From NCBI GenBank assembly GCA_963753435.1, contig CAVWCF010000001.1, positions 1,312,001-1,376,000 of the forward strand: a stretch of DNA of 64,000 nucleotides. The letters are read 5' to 3'. Source of the stretch: an uncultured Actinomycetota bacterium (GTDB lineage Bacteria > Actinomycetota > Actinomycetes > CAVWCF01). Positions 1 through 11,658 of this stretch are shown piece after piece. A model generated the notes under the pieces. The model had not been told where the DNA came from. It saw nothing but the letters and a program-made list of their open reading frames with translations, and did no database searches. Numbering within the stretch: position 1 is the first letter of the stretch; each line of letters opens with the position of its first letter. The position numbers and the translations under genes were made by a program.

Positions 1-109
1 CCACGTCGTTGCCGGCTTTGCGGGTCTGCACGATTCGCCGCGCCACTCGCTTGATGCCCTCGGCGTCGCCGACGGATGAGCCGCCGTACTTCTGCACGAT
101 CAGGGACAC
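1..109 (-). CDS. ask: aspartate kinase, N-terminal fragment (runs off window)
   Basis: Reverse strand reads [38 protein letters not shown], the conserved aspartokinase N-terminus; GGAG RBS upstream; usual neighbour of recR in actinobacteria. Confidence 0.93.
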   Translation of the reverse strand, partial: MSLIVQKYGGSSVGDAEGIKRVARRIVQTRKAGNDV

Positions 110-215
110 CGGTTACTCCAGCCGAACTCTTGGGAAGTGGGAGCGGAGGCGCCATCGTACCGGCGGCCAGGGCGGGTCCCCGAACTCACCGTGGCGGGCG
201 GATCAGACCCCCAGG

Positions 216-779
216 TCAGGCTTCCGGGCTGAGCAGGGCGTCAGCCTCGGCTGCCTGGGTTTCGATCGCATCCGCGTCCAGTCGCTGGTGCGCCAACACC
301 GACAGCAGCGACCGGTGGGCGCACAGCGCGTGGTCACCCCAGTTGGACAAGTAGGAGAACTGCCACCACCACAGCGCTTCCAACGGACGGTCGGCCTGGT
401 AGTGGCGCAGGCCGTGAGCCAGGTCGACGGCGATGTCGGCCACGTCGTCGGACACCCGGCCAATGACCGGCTTGTCCGGGAGGAGCGGATCGACCACGTA
501 GGCGTACTCGTCAAGACCTTCGAGCAGGGCGGCCAGCCGATCCCGGAGCGGGTCCGCGTCGGGGTCGCGCCCAGCGTCGGCTTCGAACCGCTCCGGCGGG
601 ATCACATCGTCGATCGCCCCGAGCATGGCGCCCACGCCCAACGCCTGCGCGACGTGAACCAGCAACTCCGCCACCGCCGTCTGCGGTGAGGCGCCGGTGG
701 ACACCTGCTCGACGCCGGCCAGGAAAGCCCCGGCATGAATCGCCGCATCTGCGGCCAGCGCCTGTAGGTCCTCAGACAT
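216..779 (-). CDS. DUF5063-type protein
   Basis: ATG at 779; motif [15 protein letters not shown]; lies between recR and ask. Confidence 0.8.
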   Translation of the reverse strand: MSEDLQALAADAAIHAGAFLAGVEQVSTGASPQTAVAELLVHVAQALGVGAMLGAIDDVIPPERFEADAGRDPDADPLRDRLAALLEGLDEYAYVVDPLLPDKPVIGRVSDDVADIAVDLAHGLRHYQADRPLEALWWWQFSYLSNWGDHALCAHRSLLSVLAHQRLDADAIETQAAEADALLSPEA

Positions 780-1371
780 CGAGCAACCGCCTCCCCTCAA
801 ACGCCCGACCGAGGGTGACCTCATCGGCGTACTCCAGGTCACCGCCTACCGGAAGTCCGGATGCCAACCTCGTCACCTGCATGCCCATGGGCCGCAGCAG
901 TCGCGCCAGGTAGGTGGCGGTGGCCTCGCCCTCAAGATTCGGGTCGGTCGCCAGGATCACCTCGGTGATGGCGCCGTCGGCCAACCGCTGCATCAGTTCC
1001 TTGATGCGCAAATCGTCCGGCCCGATGCCTTCGATCGGGGAGATCGCCCCGCCCAGCACGTGGTAGCGCCCCCGGAACTCGCGGGTGCGCTCGATGGCGA
1101 CCACGTCCTTGGGTTCCTCCACCACGCAGATCACCGTCGGGTCGCGGCGCTCATCGCGGCACACCCGACAACGCTCCTCCTCGGCGACGTTTCCGCACTC
1201 GGTGCAGAACCGCACGGTGTCCTTGACTTGGACCAGCACCTCCGCCAGGCGCTTCACGTCGTCACCGTCGGCGGCCAACAGGTGGAAGGCGATCCGCTGT
1301 GCCCCCTTCGGCCCGATGCCGGGGAGTCGACCCAATTCGTCGATCAGGTCTTGAACGACGCCTTCGTACAT
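772..1371 (-). CDS. recR: recombination mediator RecR
   Basis: [14 protein letters not shown] HhH, C4 zinc finger, Toprim [32 protein letters not shown]. Confidence 0.98.
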   Translation of the reverse strand: MYEGVVQDLIDELGRLPGIGPKGAQRIAFHLLAADGDDVKRLAEVLVQVKDTVRFCTECGNVAEEERCRVCRDERRDPTVICVVEEPKDVVAIERTREFRGRYHVLGGAISPIEGIGPDDLRIKELMQRLADGAITEVILATDPNLEGEATATYLARLLRPMGMQVTRLASGLPVGGDLEYADEVTLGRAFEGRRLLDV

Positions 1372-1390
1372 GACCGGCCCTCAGCCGCAC

Positions 1391-3205
1391 TCAGTCCGGG
1401 ACCCGGGTGGCGCCCAGCGCCCGCAGCAGGTCCTCGGGGTTGCTTGGCTCGTCGGCGTCGACCGAATCCTCTTCGTCCGCTGCACCACCACCTGCATCGC
1501 TGACGGCGGCAGAGTCATGGGCTGGATCACGAGAACCATCTTGCCCCGCCGGTACCGCAATGACCTGCACATCCAGGTCGGCCACGTCGATGAGTGCCTG
1601 GCGCACGTGTTCGCCGTAGCCGGAGTCGTTGAAACCCTTCACATCGCCGGCTCGCTGCAACTCGACAGACAGGACCCCATCACTGAGGTCGGCTAGGCGG
1701 GACTTCTCGTACAGCAACAGCCAGGCCGTTCGCTTGCGGTGCTTGAGCGCCTCCATGACATCCGCCCAAAGGACGCGGATGCGGTGCAGGGGGGAACTCG
1801 CATCGGCGGCCTCGGCCGACTGCGCCGCAGCAGGTTGGGCCTCGGCGGGTCCCGTTTCGGCGGATTCGGTCCCGGCGGATCCGGTCCCGGCGGATTCGGT
1901 CCCAGTGGGTCCGGACGCAGCGGGCTGCGTCGCCACCGCGGGGGGCGAACTAGCCGCCGCGCGCTTCCTTGGTGCGGGCTTGTCCGCACCCGCAGCCGCA
2001 GCGACGGTGGCGGCAGGCGCGGCCGCCACCGCATTGGGAATCCCGCCGGCCAACAACCGTTCCAACTTTGCCAAGCGGGCGGTCTGGCCCAGATCGGAGT
2101 CGTCGGCCGCCGACAGCATCAGGCGGGCCACCAGGATCTCCAGCAGCAGCCGGGGCGCGGTCGCACCCTTGATCTCGTTGAGAGCAGCTGCGGTCACATC
2201 CGCCGAGTGCGTGAGCTCGGCGAAACTCAACGCCTGCGATTGCCTTGCCAGGACGTCCATCTGGTCGGCCGGGTGGTGCATCAACCCCTGCTCGAGGGCG
2301 TCGGGCACCTGAGCAAGGATCAGCAGGTCCCGCCAACGCTCCAGCAGGTCACCGGCGAATCGGCGCGGATCCACCCCGGAGTCGATGACCCGGTCGACCA
2401 CTGAGAACAGGGCCGCGCCATCGCCTGCGGCGACTGCATCCACGGTGGCGTCCAGCAGCGCTGCTGGGGTGAACCCCAGCAGCGTGACCGCCCGCGCATA
2501 GGTCAGGCCCTCCGGGCCGGCGGCGGCCATCAACTGGTCGAGGACGGACAGGCTGTCGCGCACCGAACCGGCGCCGGCGCGCACCACCAGGGGCAGCACT
2601 CCCTTTTCGGCAGCGACGCCCTCGGACCGGCACAGCGATTCCAGATGTGTCTGCAGCACGCCGGGCGGAACGAGCCGGAAGGGGTAGTGATGCGTTCGGG
2701 AGCGGATGGTGCCGATGATCTTCTCCGGCTCCGTCGTCGCGAAGACGAATTTCAGGTACGGCGGCGGCTCTTCGATGATCTTCAGTAGGGCATTGGCGGC
2801 CCCCGGACCCAACTGATGGGCCTCATCGATGATGTACACGCGATAGCGCGACTGCACCGGCGCGTAGATGGCCCGTTCCCGCAGGTCGCGAGCGTCGTCG
2901 ACCAGGCCGTGCGTGGCGGCGTCCAGTTCGGTCACGTCGATGCTGCCCGGCCCGTTGGGCGCCAAGGCAACGCAGGAGTCGCATTTGCCGCAGGGGTCCG
3001 GTGTGGGTCCCTGTTCGCAGTTCAGCGACCTGGCCAGGATGCGCGCCGATGAGGTCTTGCCACAGCCACGCGGGCCGCTGAACAGGTAAGCGTGGTGGAC
3101 CCGGTCGGCGCGTAGCGCCTGCTGCAACGGCTCGGTGACGTGTTCCTGGCCCACCACCTCGGCGAACGAGGCGGGCCGGTACTTGCGATATAGCGCCAAC
3201 GACAC
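1391..3205 (-). CDS. dnaX: DNA polymerase III subunit gamma/tau
   Basis: GTG-SLALYRKYRP start, Walker A GPRGCGKTS, zinc motif, IIDEAHQL; Ala/Pro-rich linker. Confidence 0.97.
   Translation of the reverse strand: MSLALYRKYRPASFAEVVGQEHVTEPLQQALRADRVHHAYLFSGPRGCGKTSSARILARSLNCEQGPTPDPCGKCDSCVALAPNGPGSIDVTELDAATHGLVDDARDLRERAIYAPVQSRYRVYIIDEAHQLGPGAANALLKIIEEPPPYLKFVFATTEPEKIIGTIRSRTHHYPFRLVPPGVLQTHLESLCRSEGVAAEKGVLPLVVRAGAGSVRDSLSVLDQLMAAAGPEGLTYARAVTLLGFTPAALLDATVDAVAAGDGAALFSVVDRVIDSGVDPRRFAGDLLERWRDLLILAQVPDALEQGLMHHPADQMDVLARQSQALSFAELTHSADVTAAALNEIKGATAPRLLLEILVARLMLSAADDSDLGQTARLAKLERLLAGGIPNAVAAAPAATVAAAAGADKPAPRKRAAASSPPAVATQPAASGPTGTESAGTGSAGTESAETGPAEAQPAAAQSAEAADASSPLHRIRVLWADVMEALKHRKRTAWLLLYEKSRLADLSDGVLSVELQRAGDVKGFNDSGYGEHVRQALIDVADLDVQVIAVPAGQDGSRDPAHDSAAVSDAGGGAADEEDSVDADEPSNPEDLLRALGATRVPD
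1859..1903. repeat. in-frame 15-bp tandem repeat x3 in dnaX linker
   Basis: GGCGGATYCGGTCCC three times, encoding GTESA-GTGSA-GTESA. Confidence 0.85.
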
Positions 3206-3237
3206 CTGAGTCACCCTAGACGTCGGTGCGGACATGA

Positions 3238-3330
3238 AGGGACCCCCCGCGCACCCGGCAGAGCCCACTGACCCTTGCTGCCTTCCGGCCCTGGGGGATT
3301 GGGCGGGGTGCCGCCGCACGGGGGGTCGGT
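3238..3330 (-). ncRNA. ffs: signal recognition particle RNA (4.5S)
   Basis: Reverse strand has CCAGGGCCGGAAGGCAGCAAGGG (helix 8 with GGAA loop) in a long hairpin closed by GACCCCCCG/CGGGGGGTC; directly upstream of dnaX; ends approximate. Confidence 0.95.
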
Positions 3331-3399
3331 GTCGCACTCTACGCCCGGCCGGGCCACGGCGATTTCGGGAGCGACCCGGCCGCCGGTACCCTCCGGCGC

Positions 3400-3487
3400 G
3401 GAGGATTCGCATAGTGGCCTAGTGCGCACGCTTGGAAAGCGTGTTGGGGGCAACCCCTCGCGGGTTCGAATCCCGCATCCTCCGCCA
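3400..3487 (+). tRNA. tRNA-Ser(GGA)
   Basis: GGAGGAT acceptor, CACGC-TTGGAAA-GCGTG anticodon arm, long variable arm, GGTTCGAATCC, encoded CCA. Confidence 0.97.
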
Positions 3488-3566
3488 TCTCACCTGCGGC
3501 GGGTCTGCTTGGTGCAGCGCCCCGCATCGGATGAACTGTGGTGGCCGCCGACGAGGAGACACCCAC

Positions 3567-4100
3567 GTGAGTTCGCTGCAACCAACCAGCACCGGCCGAT
3601 CCGGGTTCGGCTGGCCGGTGCTGGCAATAGCTGTGGTGCTGGCCCTGGCCGCCGGGGCGATCTTCGGCTGGTGGCTGTCCGGACGCGACATCGGCGGCTC
3701 GGCCGAACCGGTGCCGACTGCGACCCCGTGCCCAACACCGAGCCCGCTGCCGGCGCCGGCGACGGTCACGGTGAACGTCTACAACGCCACCGCCAAGGGC
3801 GGCCTGGCCAAGAGCGCGTCCGAACAACTGGCCGAACGCGGCTTCGCAATCGGCGACGTCGACAACGACCCGCTCGACGCCGCGGTCACCGGGGTGGCCG
3901 TGGTCCGGCACGGCCCCGACGGCGAGCGCTCAGCGGCACTGGTTGCGGCCAACGTCGCCGGCAGCGCCACGCTGCAAGCGGATACCCGCACTGACGCCAC
4001 CGTTGATCTGGTGCTCGGTGACCAGTTCACCGCGCTGGCAACCCCCGCGGATACCCAGACGGCTGTCGATGCCGCCAACGCGGCACCGGATACGTGCTGA
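3567..4100 (+). CDS. membrane-anchored LytR C-terminal domain protein
   Basis: GAGGAG RBS, one TM helix, VNVYNAT..GLAK..LAERGF and VDLVLGDQF motifs. Confidence 0.85.
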   Translation: MSSLQPTSTGRSGFGWPVLAIAVVLALAAGAIFGWWLSGRDIGGSAEPVPTATPCPTPSPLPAPATVTVNVYNATAKGGLAKSASEQLAERGFAIGDVDNDPLDAAVTGVAVVRHGPDGERSAALVAANVAGSATLQADTRTDATVDLVLGDQFTALATPADTQTAVDAANAAPDTC

Positions 4101-4103
4101 AGG

Positions 4104-4685
4104 TTGTCCCGAGCCGGCCGAATCGCCCTCTGGTCGATCGCAGCACTTGCGGTGGCCGTGCTGGCTTTCGGGCTGTGGGTCCTTGCCGTATTCAACGGTG
4201 GTCTTGACGACGTCTTGGACTTCTCCAAGCCGTCTGAAACCGATGAAGCAGTGCAAGAAGCCAGGGCGGAAGCGGCAAGCCAGGCAGTGGCCCAGGCTGA
4301 ATCGGTGGCGACGCTCGCAGTGACGGCCTTCGGCGGCGAAACCGCGGCCGCGGCGGCGGGGCCGATCCAGGAATGCGAGGTAGGCGAGAACTCCTACCTC
4401 CGGGACGACCCGTACGACCTGCTCTGCTTCGACGACGCGGCAGTCGCCATCGGCAACGCCACCGTCACCGCGGCCAGCGCCGCCCGATTCGATGCTGCGC
4501 TCGAGGACGACGGCTGGAGCCCCGGTCTGTCGCTGTCCCGCGTCGCGGTCGACTACCCCGACCGGGACGACCCGCCGGCGGCGGACTACTACCGCTCCGC
4601 CGAGCGCCTGACGGTCGATCCCGTCGTGTTCGGCGCACCCGCCGATCTGCTGGTAACGGTCACCGTCGAGACCGCCGTCGACTGA
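4104..4685 (+). CDS. hypothetical membrane-anchored acidic protein
   Basis: N-terminal hydrophobic helix, coding-like codon bias, follows LytR_C gene by 3 nt. Confidence 0.65.
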   Translation: MSRAGRIALWSIAALAVAVLAFGLWVLAVFNGGLDDVLDFSKPSETDEAVQEARAEAASQAVAQAESVATLAVTAFGGETAAAAAGPIQECEVGENSYLRDDPYDLLCFDDAAVAIGNATVTAASAARFDAALEDDGWSPGLSLSRVAVDYPDRDDPPAADYYRSAERLTVDPVVFGAPADLLVTVTVETAVD

Positions 4686-4736
4686 GCGACTCAGCGACTC
4701 AGCGCCGACGGCAGAGAGTCGACCATGGTCCGAAAC

Positions 4737-4777
4737 GACGGACGACCGGCCCCGTGATCGGAGTCCGGTCGTCCGTC
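4737..4777. terminator. hairpin between convergent CDS and tRNA-Ser(CGA)
   Basis: GACGGACGACCGG...CCGGTCGTCCGTC 13-bp inverted repeat. Confidence 0.6.
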
Positions 4778-4799
4778 GATGCCGGCGGGCATCGCAGCG

Positions 4800-4886
4800 C
4801 GGTGGCGGTGGGATTTGAACCCACGGAGGGCGTGAACCCTCACACGCTTTCGAGGCGTGCTCCTTAGGCCGCTCGGACACGCCACC
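4800..4886 (-). tRNA. tRNA-Ser(CGA)
   Basis: Reverse strand GGTGGCG acceptor, CACGC-CTCGAAA-GCGTG, long variable arm, GGTTCAAATCC; no encoded CCA. Confidence 0.96.
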
Positions 4887-4930
4887 GCCGCGAAGGGTAC
4901 CCGAGCAATCTGCACGGTTTTCCGAGCCGA

Positions 4931-5398
4931 TCAGAGCCCGGCAGACCGCTGCGAGGCGAAGAAGTCGCGCAACAATTCGGAGCATTCCTCCGCACGAATG
5001 CCGCTGACGACCTCGGGCCGGTGATTCAACCTGCGATCCCGGACCACGTCCCACAACGTGCCGACCGCACCCATGTCTTCGTTCCAGCTGCCGAACACCA
5101 GCCGGGTCACCCGGGACAGCACCGCTGCACCTGCACACATGGTGCACGGCTCCAGGGTGACCACCAGCGTGCAACCGTCCAGTCGCCAGGTCCCCCGGAC
5201 AGCAGCGGCTGCGCGCAGAGCGAGCACTTCGGCGTGAGCCGTGGGGTCCTGGTCGGCCTCGCGGCGGTTGCGCCCGGTGGCGATGACCGCGCCGGCTTCG
5301 TCGACCACGACGGCACCGATAGGAACGTCAGCGGTGACAAGCGCCGCGCGAGCTTCAGCAAGCGCCGGGCCCATCCACTCGTCGTACTGCGCCCGCAC
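4931..5398 (-). CDS. tadA: tRNA adenosine(34) deaminase
   Basis: DVPIGAVVV, DPTAHAE, TLEPCTMC zinc-deaminase motifs; start approximate. Confidence 0.92.
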   Translation of the reverse strand: MRAQYDEWMGPALAEARAALVTADVPIGAVVVDEAGAVIATGRNRREADQDPTAHAEVLALRAAAAVRGTWRLDGCTLVVTLEPCTMCAGAAVLSRVTRLVFGSWNEDMGAVGTLWDVVRDRRLNHRPEVVSGIRAEECSELLRDFFASQRSAGL

Positions 5399-5399
5399 G

Positions 5400-5885
5400 T
5401 CAGTCGTCCTCGACGATCCGCTCCCATTCGGCGCTGAAGCCGAGACGCTGGGCAACCTGCTCTGCCAGTTCGTCGTTGAAGAGGTCCAAGTCCTCGCAGA
5501 TTGAAGCGAACTCGTCGGCAGCGAAGCCCACGTCGGCGAGCAGTTGCAGGTCGCCGACCGGCTGCACGCGCTCCAGGTCGTCATCGTCCGGTTCGGGAAG
5601 TGACAACCGGTCCAGAACATCCATCGCCAGCGGCCATTCCGTTGTCGCCGCGACGTCGTTGAGCATGAGTCGGGAGTGGTTGGCTTCCCGGCGCGCAATC
5701 AGGAGGTACTCATCAAGCACGCCGAGCAAACCGATGGCCACCCCGTCGACGGCCCAGGCCTGCAGCATCTCCTCAAGGCCTTCCAACGACGACCAGGCCC
5801 GCGGCGTGAGTTTCTCCAGGCGCCATCCGCCGTCCTCGCGGACGGCCACGACGGCGAAGTCGGGATCCACTACGTCGGCAACCAC
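5400..5885 (-). CDS. tRNA adenosine deaminase-associated protein
   Basis: Acidic protein with [13 protein letters not shown] and [12 protein letters not shown], directly upstream of tadA as in other actinobacteria. Confidence 0.8.
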   Translation of the reverse strand: MVADVVDPDFAVVAVREDGGWRLEKLTPRAWSSLEGLEEMLQAWAVDGVAIGLLGVLDEYLLIARREANHSRLMLNDVAATTEWPLAMDVLDRLSLPEPDDDDLERVQPVGDLQLLADVGFAADEFASICEDLDLFNDELAEQVAQRLGFSAEWERIVEDD

Positions 5886-5962
5886 GGTTGCATCGTGACA
5901 GAGCGACGGTCGGACGGTCAGCCGTTCCCCGCATCCGCACCGGGCCGCTACTCTCAATGGCC

Positions 5963-6601
5963 ATGCGCACACTGGTCGTCGACCACCCGCTGGTAGCTCA
6001 CAAGCTGACGACGCTGCGTGATTCGGCCACGGACAGCCCCACGTTTCGCCGGCTGGTGGACGAGCTGGTCACCCTGCTTGCCTACGAGGCCACGCGTGAC
6101 GTCCGCACGGCACCGGTACGAGTCGAGACACCGGTGGCACCGGCCGACGGGGTTCGGCTGGCTGCACCGAAACCGCTGGTCGTCCCGGTGTTGCGTGCCG
6201 GCCTTGGGATGCTGGACGGGATGACCCGGCTGATGCCCACCGCCGAGGTCGGATTCCTCGGCATGATCCGTGACGAGGAGACTCTGGAAGCGACCACGTA
6301 CGCGACCCGGTTGCCCGCGGATCTGTCCAGCCGGCAGTGCTACGTCCTGGACCCGATGCTGGCCACTGGGGGCACCCTCGCCGCCGCCATCCGCTACCTC
6401 ATCGAACGCGGCGCCGCCGACGTGACGGCCATTTGCCTGCTGGTCGCACCGGAGGGCATCGAAGCCTTGGAGCGGCAACTGTCACGGCTGGACGTGCCGA
6501 TCACGGTGGTGACCGCGGCGGTGGACGAACGCCTCAACGACAAGGGCTACATCGTCCCCGGGTTGGGCGACGCCGGGGACCGGCTGTACGGCGTGGTCTA
6601 G
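5963..6601 (+). CDS. upp: uracil phosphoribosyltransferase
   Basis: [36 protein letters not shown]. Confidence 0.98.
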   Translation: MRTLVVDHPLVAHKLTTLRDSATDSPTFRRLVDELVTLLAYEATRDVRTAPVRVETPVAPADGVRLAAPKPLVVPVLRAGLGMLDGMTRLMPTAEVGFLGMIRDEETLEATTYATRLPADLSSRQCYVLDPMLATGGTLAAAIRYLIERGAADVTAICLLVAPEGIEALERQLSRLDVPITVVTAAVDERLNDKGYIVPGLGDAGDRLYGVV

Positions 6602-6615
6602 AGCTCCCGTTCGGC

Positions 6616-7982
<1,367 letters not shown>

Positions 7983-7986
<4 letters not shown>

Positions 7987-8291
7987 CGATTCGCTCCGCT
8001 CGCATCTTCGCGTCGACGCGGCCGGAACAACTGCAGCATCCGCTCGGTGACGACGAATCCGCCGACCAGGTTGATGGTGGCCAGAACGACCGCCACCAAC
8101 GCCACCACGAGAACCCCGGTGGTGTCCGTCGTACCGGCGACCAGGATCGCGCCGACCAGGATCACACCGTGGATGGCGTTGGCGCCGGACATCAGCGGCG
8201 TATGCAGGGTTGAGGACACCTTGGAGATGACCTCGTAGCCGGTGAAGGCGCTGAGCACCAGGATGGTGATCAACGCCAGATCGGTGCTCAC
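7983..8291 (-). CDS. pntA: NAD(P) transhydrogenase alpha subunit, membrane part
   Basis: LHTPLMSGANAIHG and NLVGGFVVTERML. Confidence 0.93.
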
Positions 8292-9400
8292 AACAGCTCC
8301 TCCAAATCCGCGTGCCGCACCCGACCTGCGTGCGTGACCGAGACGGAGTCGACGATCTCGTCTTCGAAGTCCAGTTCCAGGCTGCCCTCGCGCACCAGCA
8401 ACAACAGCAAGTCCGCGACGTTTCGCGCGTAGAGCCGGGATGCATGGTCGGGCATCTGGGCGGGCACGTTGCGCCCGCCCCAGACCCGGGCCGGGCCGAT
8501 GGTCACGGTCTCACCGGCGACGCTGCCTTCGACGTTGCCGCCGGAGTCGGCGGCGAGATCGACGACCACCGCACCGGGTGGCATCAGTTCCAGCATCGCC
8601 CTGGTGACCAGCAGTGGCGCCGGCCGATTCGGCACCGCCGCCGTGGTGATCACCACGTCCGATGCGGCCACGTGCGGGGCCAGCGCCTGCTGCTGTGCGG
8701 CGGCGCGGTCCGCGGTCATCTCGCGCGCGTACCCGCCCGTGCCGGCGAGGCTGTCCAGACCCAGGTCCAGGAACGTCGCGCCCATGCTGCGCACCTCCTC
8801 GGCACTGGATGGGCGCACGTCGTAGGCGCGAACTCGGGACCCCAGCCGCTTGGCGGTGGCGATGGCCTGCAGCCCGGCGACCCCGGCGCCCAGAACCAGC
8901 ACACGCGCCGCCTGCATGGTCCCGGCCGCGGTCATCAGCAGCGGGAAGAACCTCGGCGACATCTCCGCGGCCACCAGTCCGGCGCGGTATCCGGCCACCA
9001 GGGCCTGGGAGGTGAGCGCATCCATGGACTGAGCGCGAGAGATTCGCGGCAACCGCTCCATCGCCATCAACGTGACCTGGGCCTCGCGGGCCGCGACCAC
9101 GGCGTCTACCGACCCGGGCAGGGGCAGGAAGGAGATCGCCACCGCGCCGGGCCGGAGCCGGGCGTAGTCCGCAGCCGCAAGCGGCCCAACCGACAGGACC
9201 GCATCGGCTTGCGTCAAGGCATCGGCATCAAGGTCCGCGCCGGCGGCCCGAAGCGACTCGTCGTCCTGGTAGGCGCCGACACCAGCACCCGGTTCGATAC
9301 AGACGGACAAGCCGGCCTCGGTAAGGCGGGCGACAGTGTCGGCCGTGGCCGCCACGCGTGGCTCCCCCGGCTGCGCTTCCCTCGGCACGGCCACTTTCAC
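8288..9400 (-). CDS. pntA: NAD(P) transhydrogenase alpha subunit, soluble domain I
   Basis: PRISRAQSMDALTSQA, GAGVAGLQAIATA, GGYAREMT. Confidence 0.95.
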   Translation of the reverse strand: MKVAVPREAQPGEPRVAATADTVARLTEAGLSVCIEPGAGVGAYQDDESLRAAGADLDADALTQADAVLSVGPLAAADYARLRPGAVAISFLPLPGSVDAVVAAREAQVTLMAMERLPRISRAQSMDALTSQALVAGYRAGLVAAEMSPRFFPLLMTAAGTMQAARVLVLGAGVAGLQAIATAKRLGSRVRAYDVRPSSAEEVRSMGATFLDLGLDSLAGTGGYAREMTADRAAAQQQALAPHVAASDVVITTAAVPNRPAPLLVTRAMLELMPPGAVVVDLAADSGGNVEGSVAGETVTIGPARVWGGRNVPAQMPDHASRLYARNVADLLLLLVREGSLELDFEDEIVDSVSVTHAGRVRHADLEELL

Positions 9401-9470
9401 AGGTGGGACGCTAACGGGGCCCGCGCGTGGGACGGCACACGGCCACGCGCGGCGGGCTACCGTGGCCGCG

Positions 9471-9932
9471 ATGAGCGCGCAACCAAGGAGGCGGGTCGTG
9501 GAACTCAGCCAGACCGCGCCGATCCCGGCGACCTTGATCTGGCGGCGAATCCCCGTCGTCGGGATCCTGGCGCTCGGCGCCAACCTGCTCCTGCTGGTTG
9601 CAGCCCAGGCGCTGGGTGCCGAGATCAGGCTGCCCACCGAAGCGGGCGCACCAGACGCCGCCAACCTGACCGACGACCAACTGTGGCTGCCCGTGACGAT
9701 CATCACCCTGGGGGCGATCATCGCCGCCGGGCTGCTGTTCAGCCTGCTCCTGCGGTTCGGGCCCTCCGGGGTCATGTGGTTCAACGTCAGCATCACCGTG
9801 CTGGCGCTGCTGTCGCTGGTCGCACCCCTCACCCTGCCGATCGGTTGGCTGGGGCGTTTGGCGCTGGCCGCCATGCACATCGTGGTCTGGGCCGGGCTCT
9901 TCTTCGGGCTCGGCCGCGCCGTGCTGCGCTGA
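9471..9932 (+). CDS. small multi-TM membrane protein (DUF6069-like)
   Basis: Four hydrophobic helices, LSLVAPL and LAAMHIVV C-terminal pattern. Confidence 0.6.
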   Translation: MSAQPRRRVVELSQTAPIPATLIWRRIPVVGILALGANLLLLVAAQALGAEIRLPTEAGAPDAANLTDDQLWLPVTIITLGAIIAAGLLFSLLLRFGPSGVMWFNVSITVLALLSLVAPLTLPIGWLGRLALAAMHIVVWAGLFFGLGRAVLR

Positions 9933-9938
9933 GCCGCG

Positions 9939-10727
9939 TCAGGCGCGCAACTGCCGCCGGTTGAAACCCCACACACCGATGAGCAGCAGCACCAGGGTTG
10001 CGGCTGCCAGCACTGCGATCCCCGTCCAGTCAAAGCCGTTGGCCAACGGGTCCTCGCCGAAGTACCAGCGCCAGGGGCTCAGTGGGCGCAACGGCTCCAA
10101 CCAGTCGATCGCCTTGCCCAGGCCGTCGACCAGGTAGCCCAGGAAGGCGACTGCCGAAGCACCGGCGATCCCAGCCGCCCTGGACCCAAGCACCGCGCCG
10201 ATGGTCTGGGCGCCGACCGCGAACAGGAACAGGAAGAACAGCATCTGCACGTGAATCGCCAGTTGGTCAGAGAACGGCAGGTCATAACCGACTGCGCTGT
10301 TGAGCAGCAATAGCGGGACCCAGGACACCAAGACCAGTCCGACGATCACGACCGCAACAGCCACCGCCTTCTGCACGAACAGTGAAGCCCGGGTGAGTGG
10401 CTGGGAAAGCAGCAGATCCAGCGTGTGGGCCTCCTCCTCCCCGGCGACGGTCGCGGCGCCGCGGCCGATTGCCAGCACCAGCAGAACTGCCGGAAGGAAG
10501 AAGGCGAACCACTGGCTGTTCAAGTAGCCAACCGGCGAGGTGATGTCGCTGGCGCCGAGGAGGGCCTGCAACTCCGGCGGCAGCGATTCGTAGTAGTCGT
10601 CCAGTCCGGGTTGGTCGGCCAGGGACGGGTAGAGCCCGTGAATCATCAACGCCAGCAGTATCAGCGCGATGGCCCACACCACGTTCGACCGCCAGCGCAG
10701 CCGCAGGTCCTGCCACGCCAGCGTCAT
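9939..10727 (-). CDS. ABC-2 type transporter permease
   Basis: Six TM segments, AGEEEAHTLDLLLSQP, LSPWRWY. Confidence 0.9.
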   Translation of the reverse strand: MTLAWQDLRLRWRSNVVWAIALILLALMIHGLYPSLADQPGLDDYYESLPPELQALLGASDITSPVGYLNSQWFAFFLPAVLLVLAIGRGAATVAGEEEAHTLDLLLSQPLTRASLFVQKAVAVAVVIVGLVLVSWVPLLLLNSAVGYDLPFSDQLAIHVQMLFFLFLFAVGAQTIGAVLGSRAAGIAGASAVAFLGYLVDGLGKAIDWLEPLRPLSPWRWYFGEDPLANGFDWTGIAVLAAATLVLLLIGVWGFNRRQLRA

Positions 10728-11635
10728 CGCACTGCGTCCCCGCTGTAGAAGGCCAGGAAGACGTCCTCCAGGTCCCCGGAGACCTCATCGAGGCCCTCCA
10801 CGGTGAACCCGCTGAGGGTCTTGATCAAACCGTCGACGCTTCCGGTTATCCGCAAGTAGATCGAAGTGCCGTCCACGCGCACCTCGCTGACGCCGGCGAC
10901 GTCGCCCAGCACTGCCGCGGCAGCGTCAACTTCCGCTGGCGTCAACCGGAACCGCAGCAGCCGGCTGGCCTGGTCGAGCAGACTCGTGACGGTGTCCACC
11001 GTCACGAGTTGTCCTTGACGCAGCACGCCCACCCGGTCAGCCAGATGCTCGACCTCATCAAGGACGTGGCTGGACAGCAGGACCGTGGCGCCTTCGGCCA
11101 CGCGTTCCCGCACCAATGCGCGGAACTCCCGCTGCAACAGCGGGTCCAGGCCACTGGTCGGCTCGTCCAGGACCAGCACGTCCGCGGGCGTGGCAAAGGC
11201 AAGCACCACACCCACCTTCTGTCGGTTGCCCTTGGACAGGTCGCCGACGCGCCTGGTCAGGTCCAGCGCGATGCGCTCGGCCAGCTGCTGGCCGCGGGCC
11301 AGGTCCACTCCCGAGCGGGCAAACGTGTACCGGCGTAGGGCCTCGAGTCCGGTCAAGCGCGGCGGCACCATGAAGTCGCCGGGCAGGTAGGCGCAACGTT
11401 GACGCACCGCGACGGAATCGCGCACCGAGTCGTGACCGAAGACGCTGATGGATCCCGAGGTGGGTCGGATGAAGTCCAGCAGGGTCCGCAGCAAGGTGGT
11501 CTTGCCCGCCCCGTTGGGTCCGAGGAGCCCGAACACCTCGCCGCGCTCCACCTCGACACTGAGGTCTTCGATCGCGCGCACCTTGCCGTAGTGCTTGGTG
11601 AGCCGATCGAAACCAATTGCCGCTGTCGACGTCAC
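10724..11635 (-). CDS. ABC transporter ATP-binding protein
   Basis: GPNGAGKTT, LSKGNRQK, LDEPTSGLDP. Confidence 0.95.
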   Translation of the reverse strand: MTSTAAIGFDRLTKHYGKVRAIEDLSVEVERGEVFGLLGPNGAGKTTLLRTLLDFIRPTSGSISVFGHDSVRDSVAVRQRCAYLPGDFMVPPRLTGLEALRRYTFARSGVDLARGQQLAERIALDLTRRVGDLSKGNRQKVGVVLAFATPADVLVLDEPTSGLDPLLQREFRALVRERVAEGATVLLSSHVLDEVEHLADRVGVLRQGQLVTVDTVTSLLDQASRLLRFRLTPAEVDAAAAVLGDVAGVSEVRVDGTSIYLRITGSVDGLIKTLSGFTVEGLDEVSGDLEDVFLAFYSGDAVR

Positions 11636-11658
11636 ATGAACACGCTAGCGAAAGCGGG

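Noticed and set aside
110-215. Lysine riboswitch upstream of aspartate kinase
   Set aside because: Only about 105 nt and no L-box motifs visible
4682-4704. Short GCGACTCA tandem repeat after a stop codon
   Set aside because: Two to three degenerate 8-bp units; plausible chance or slippage
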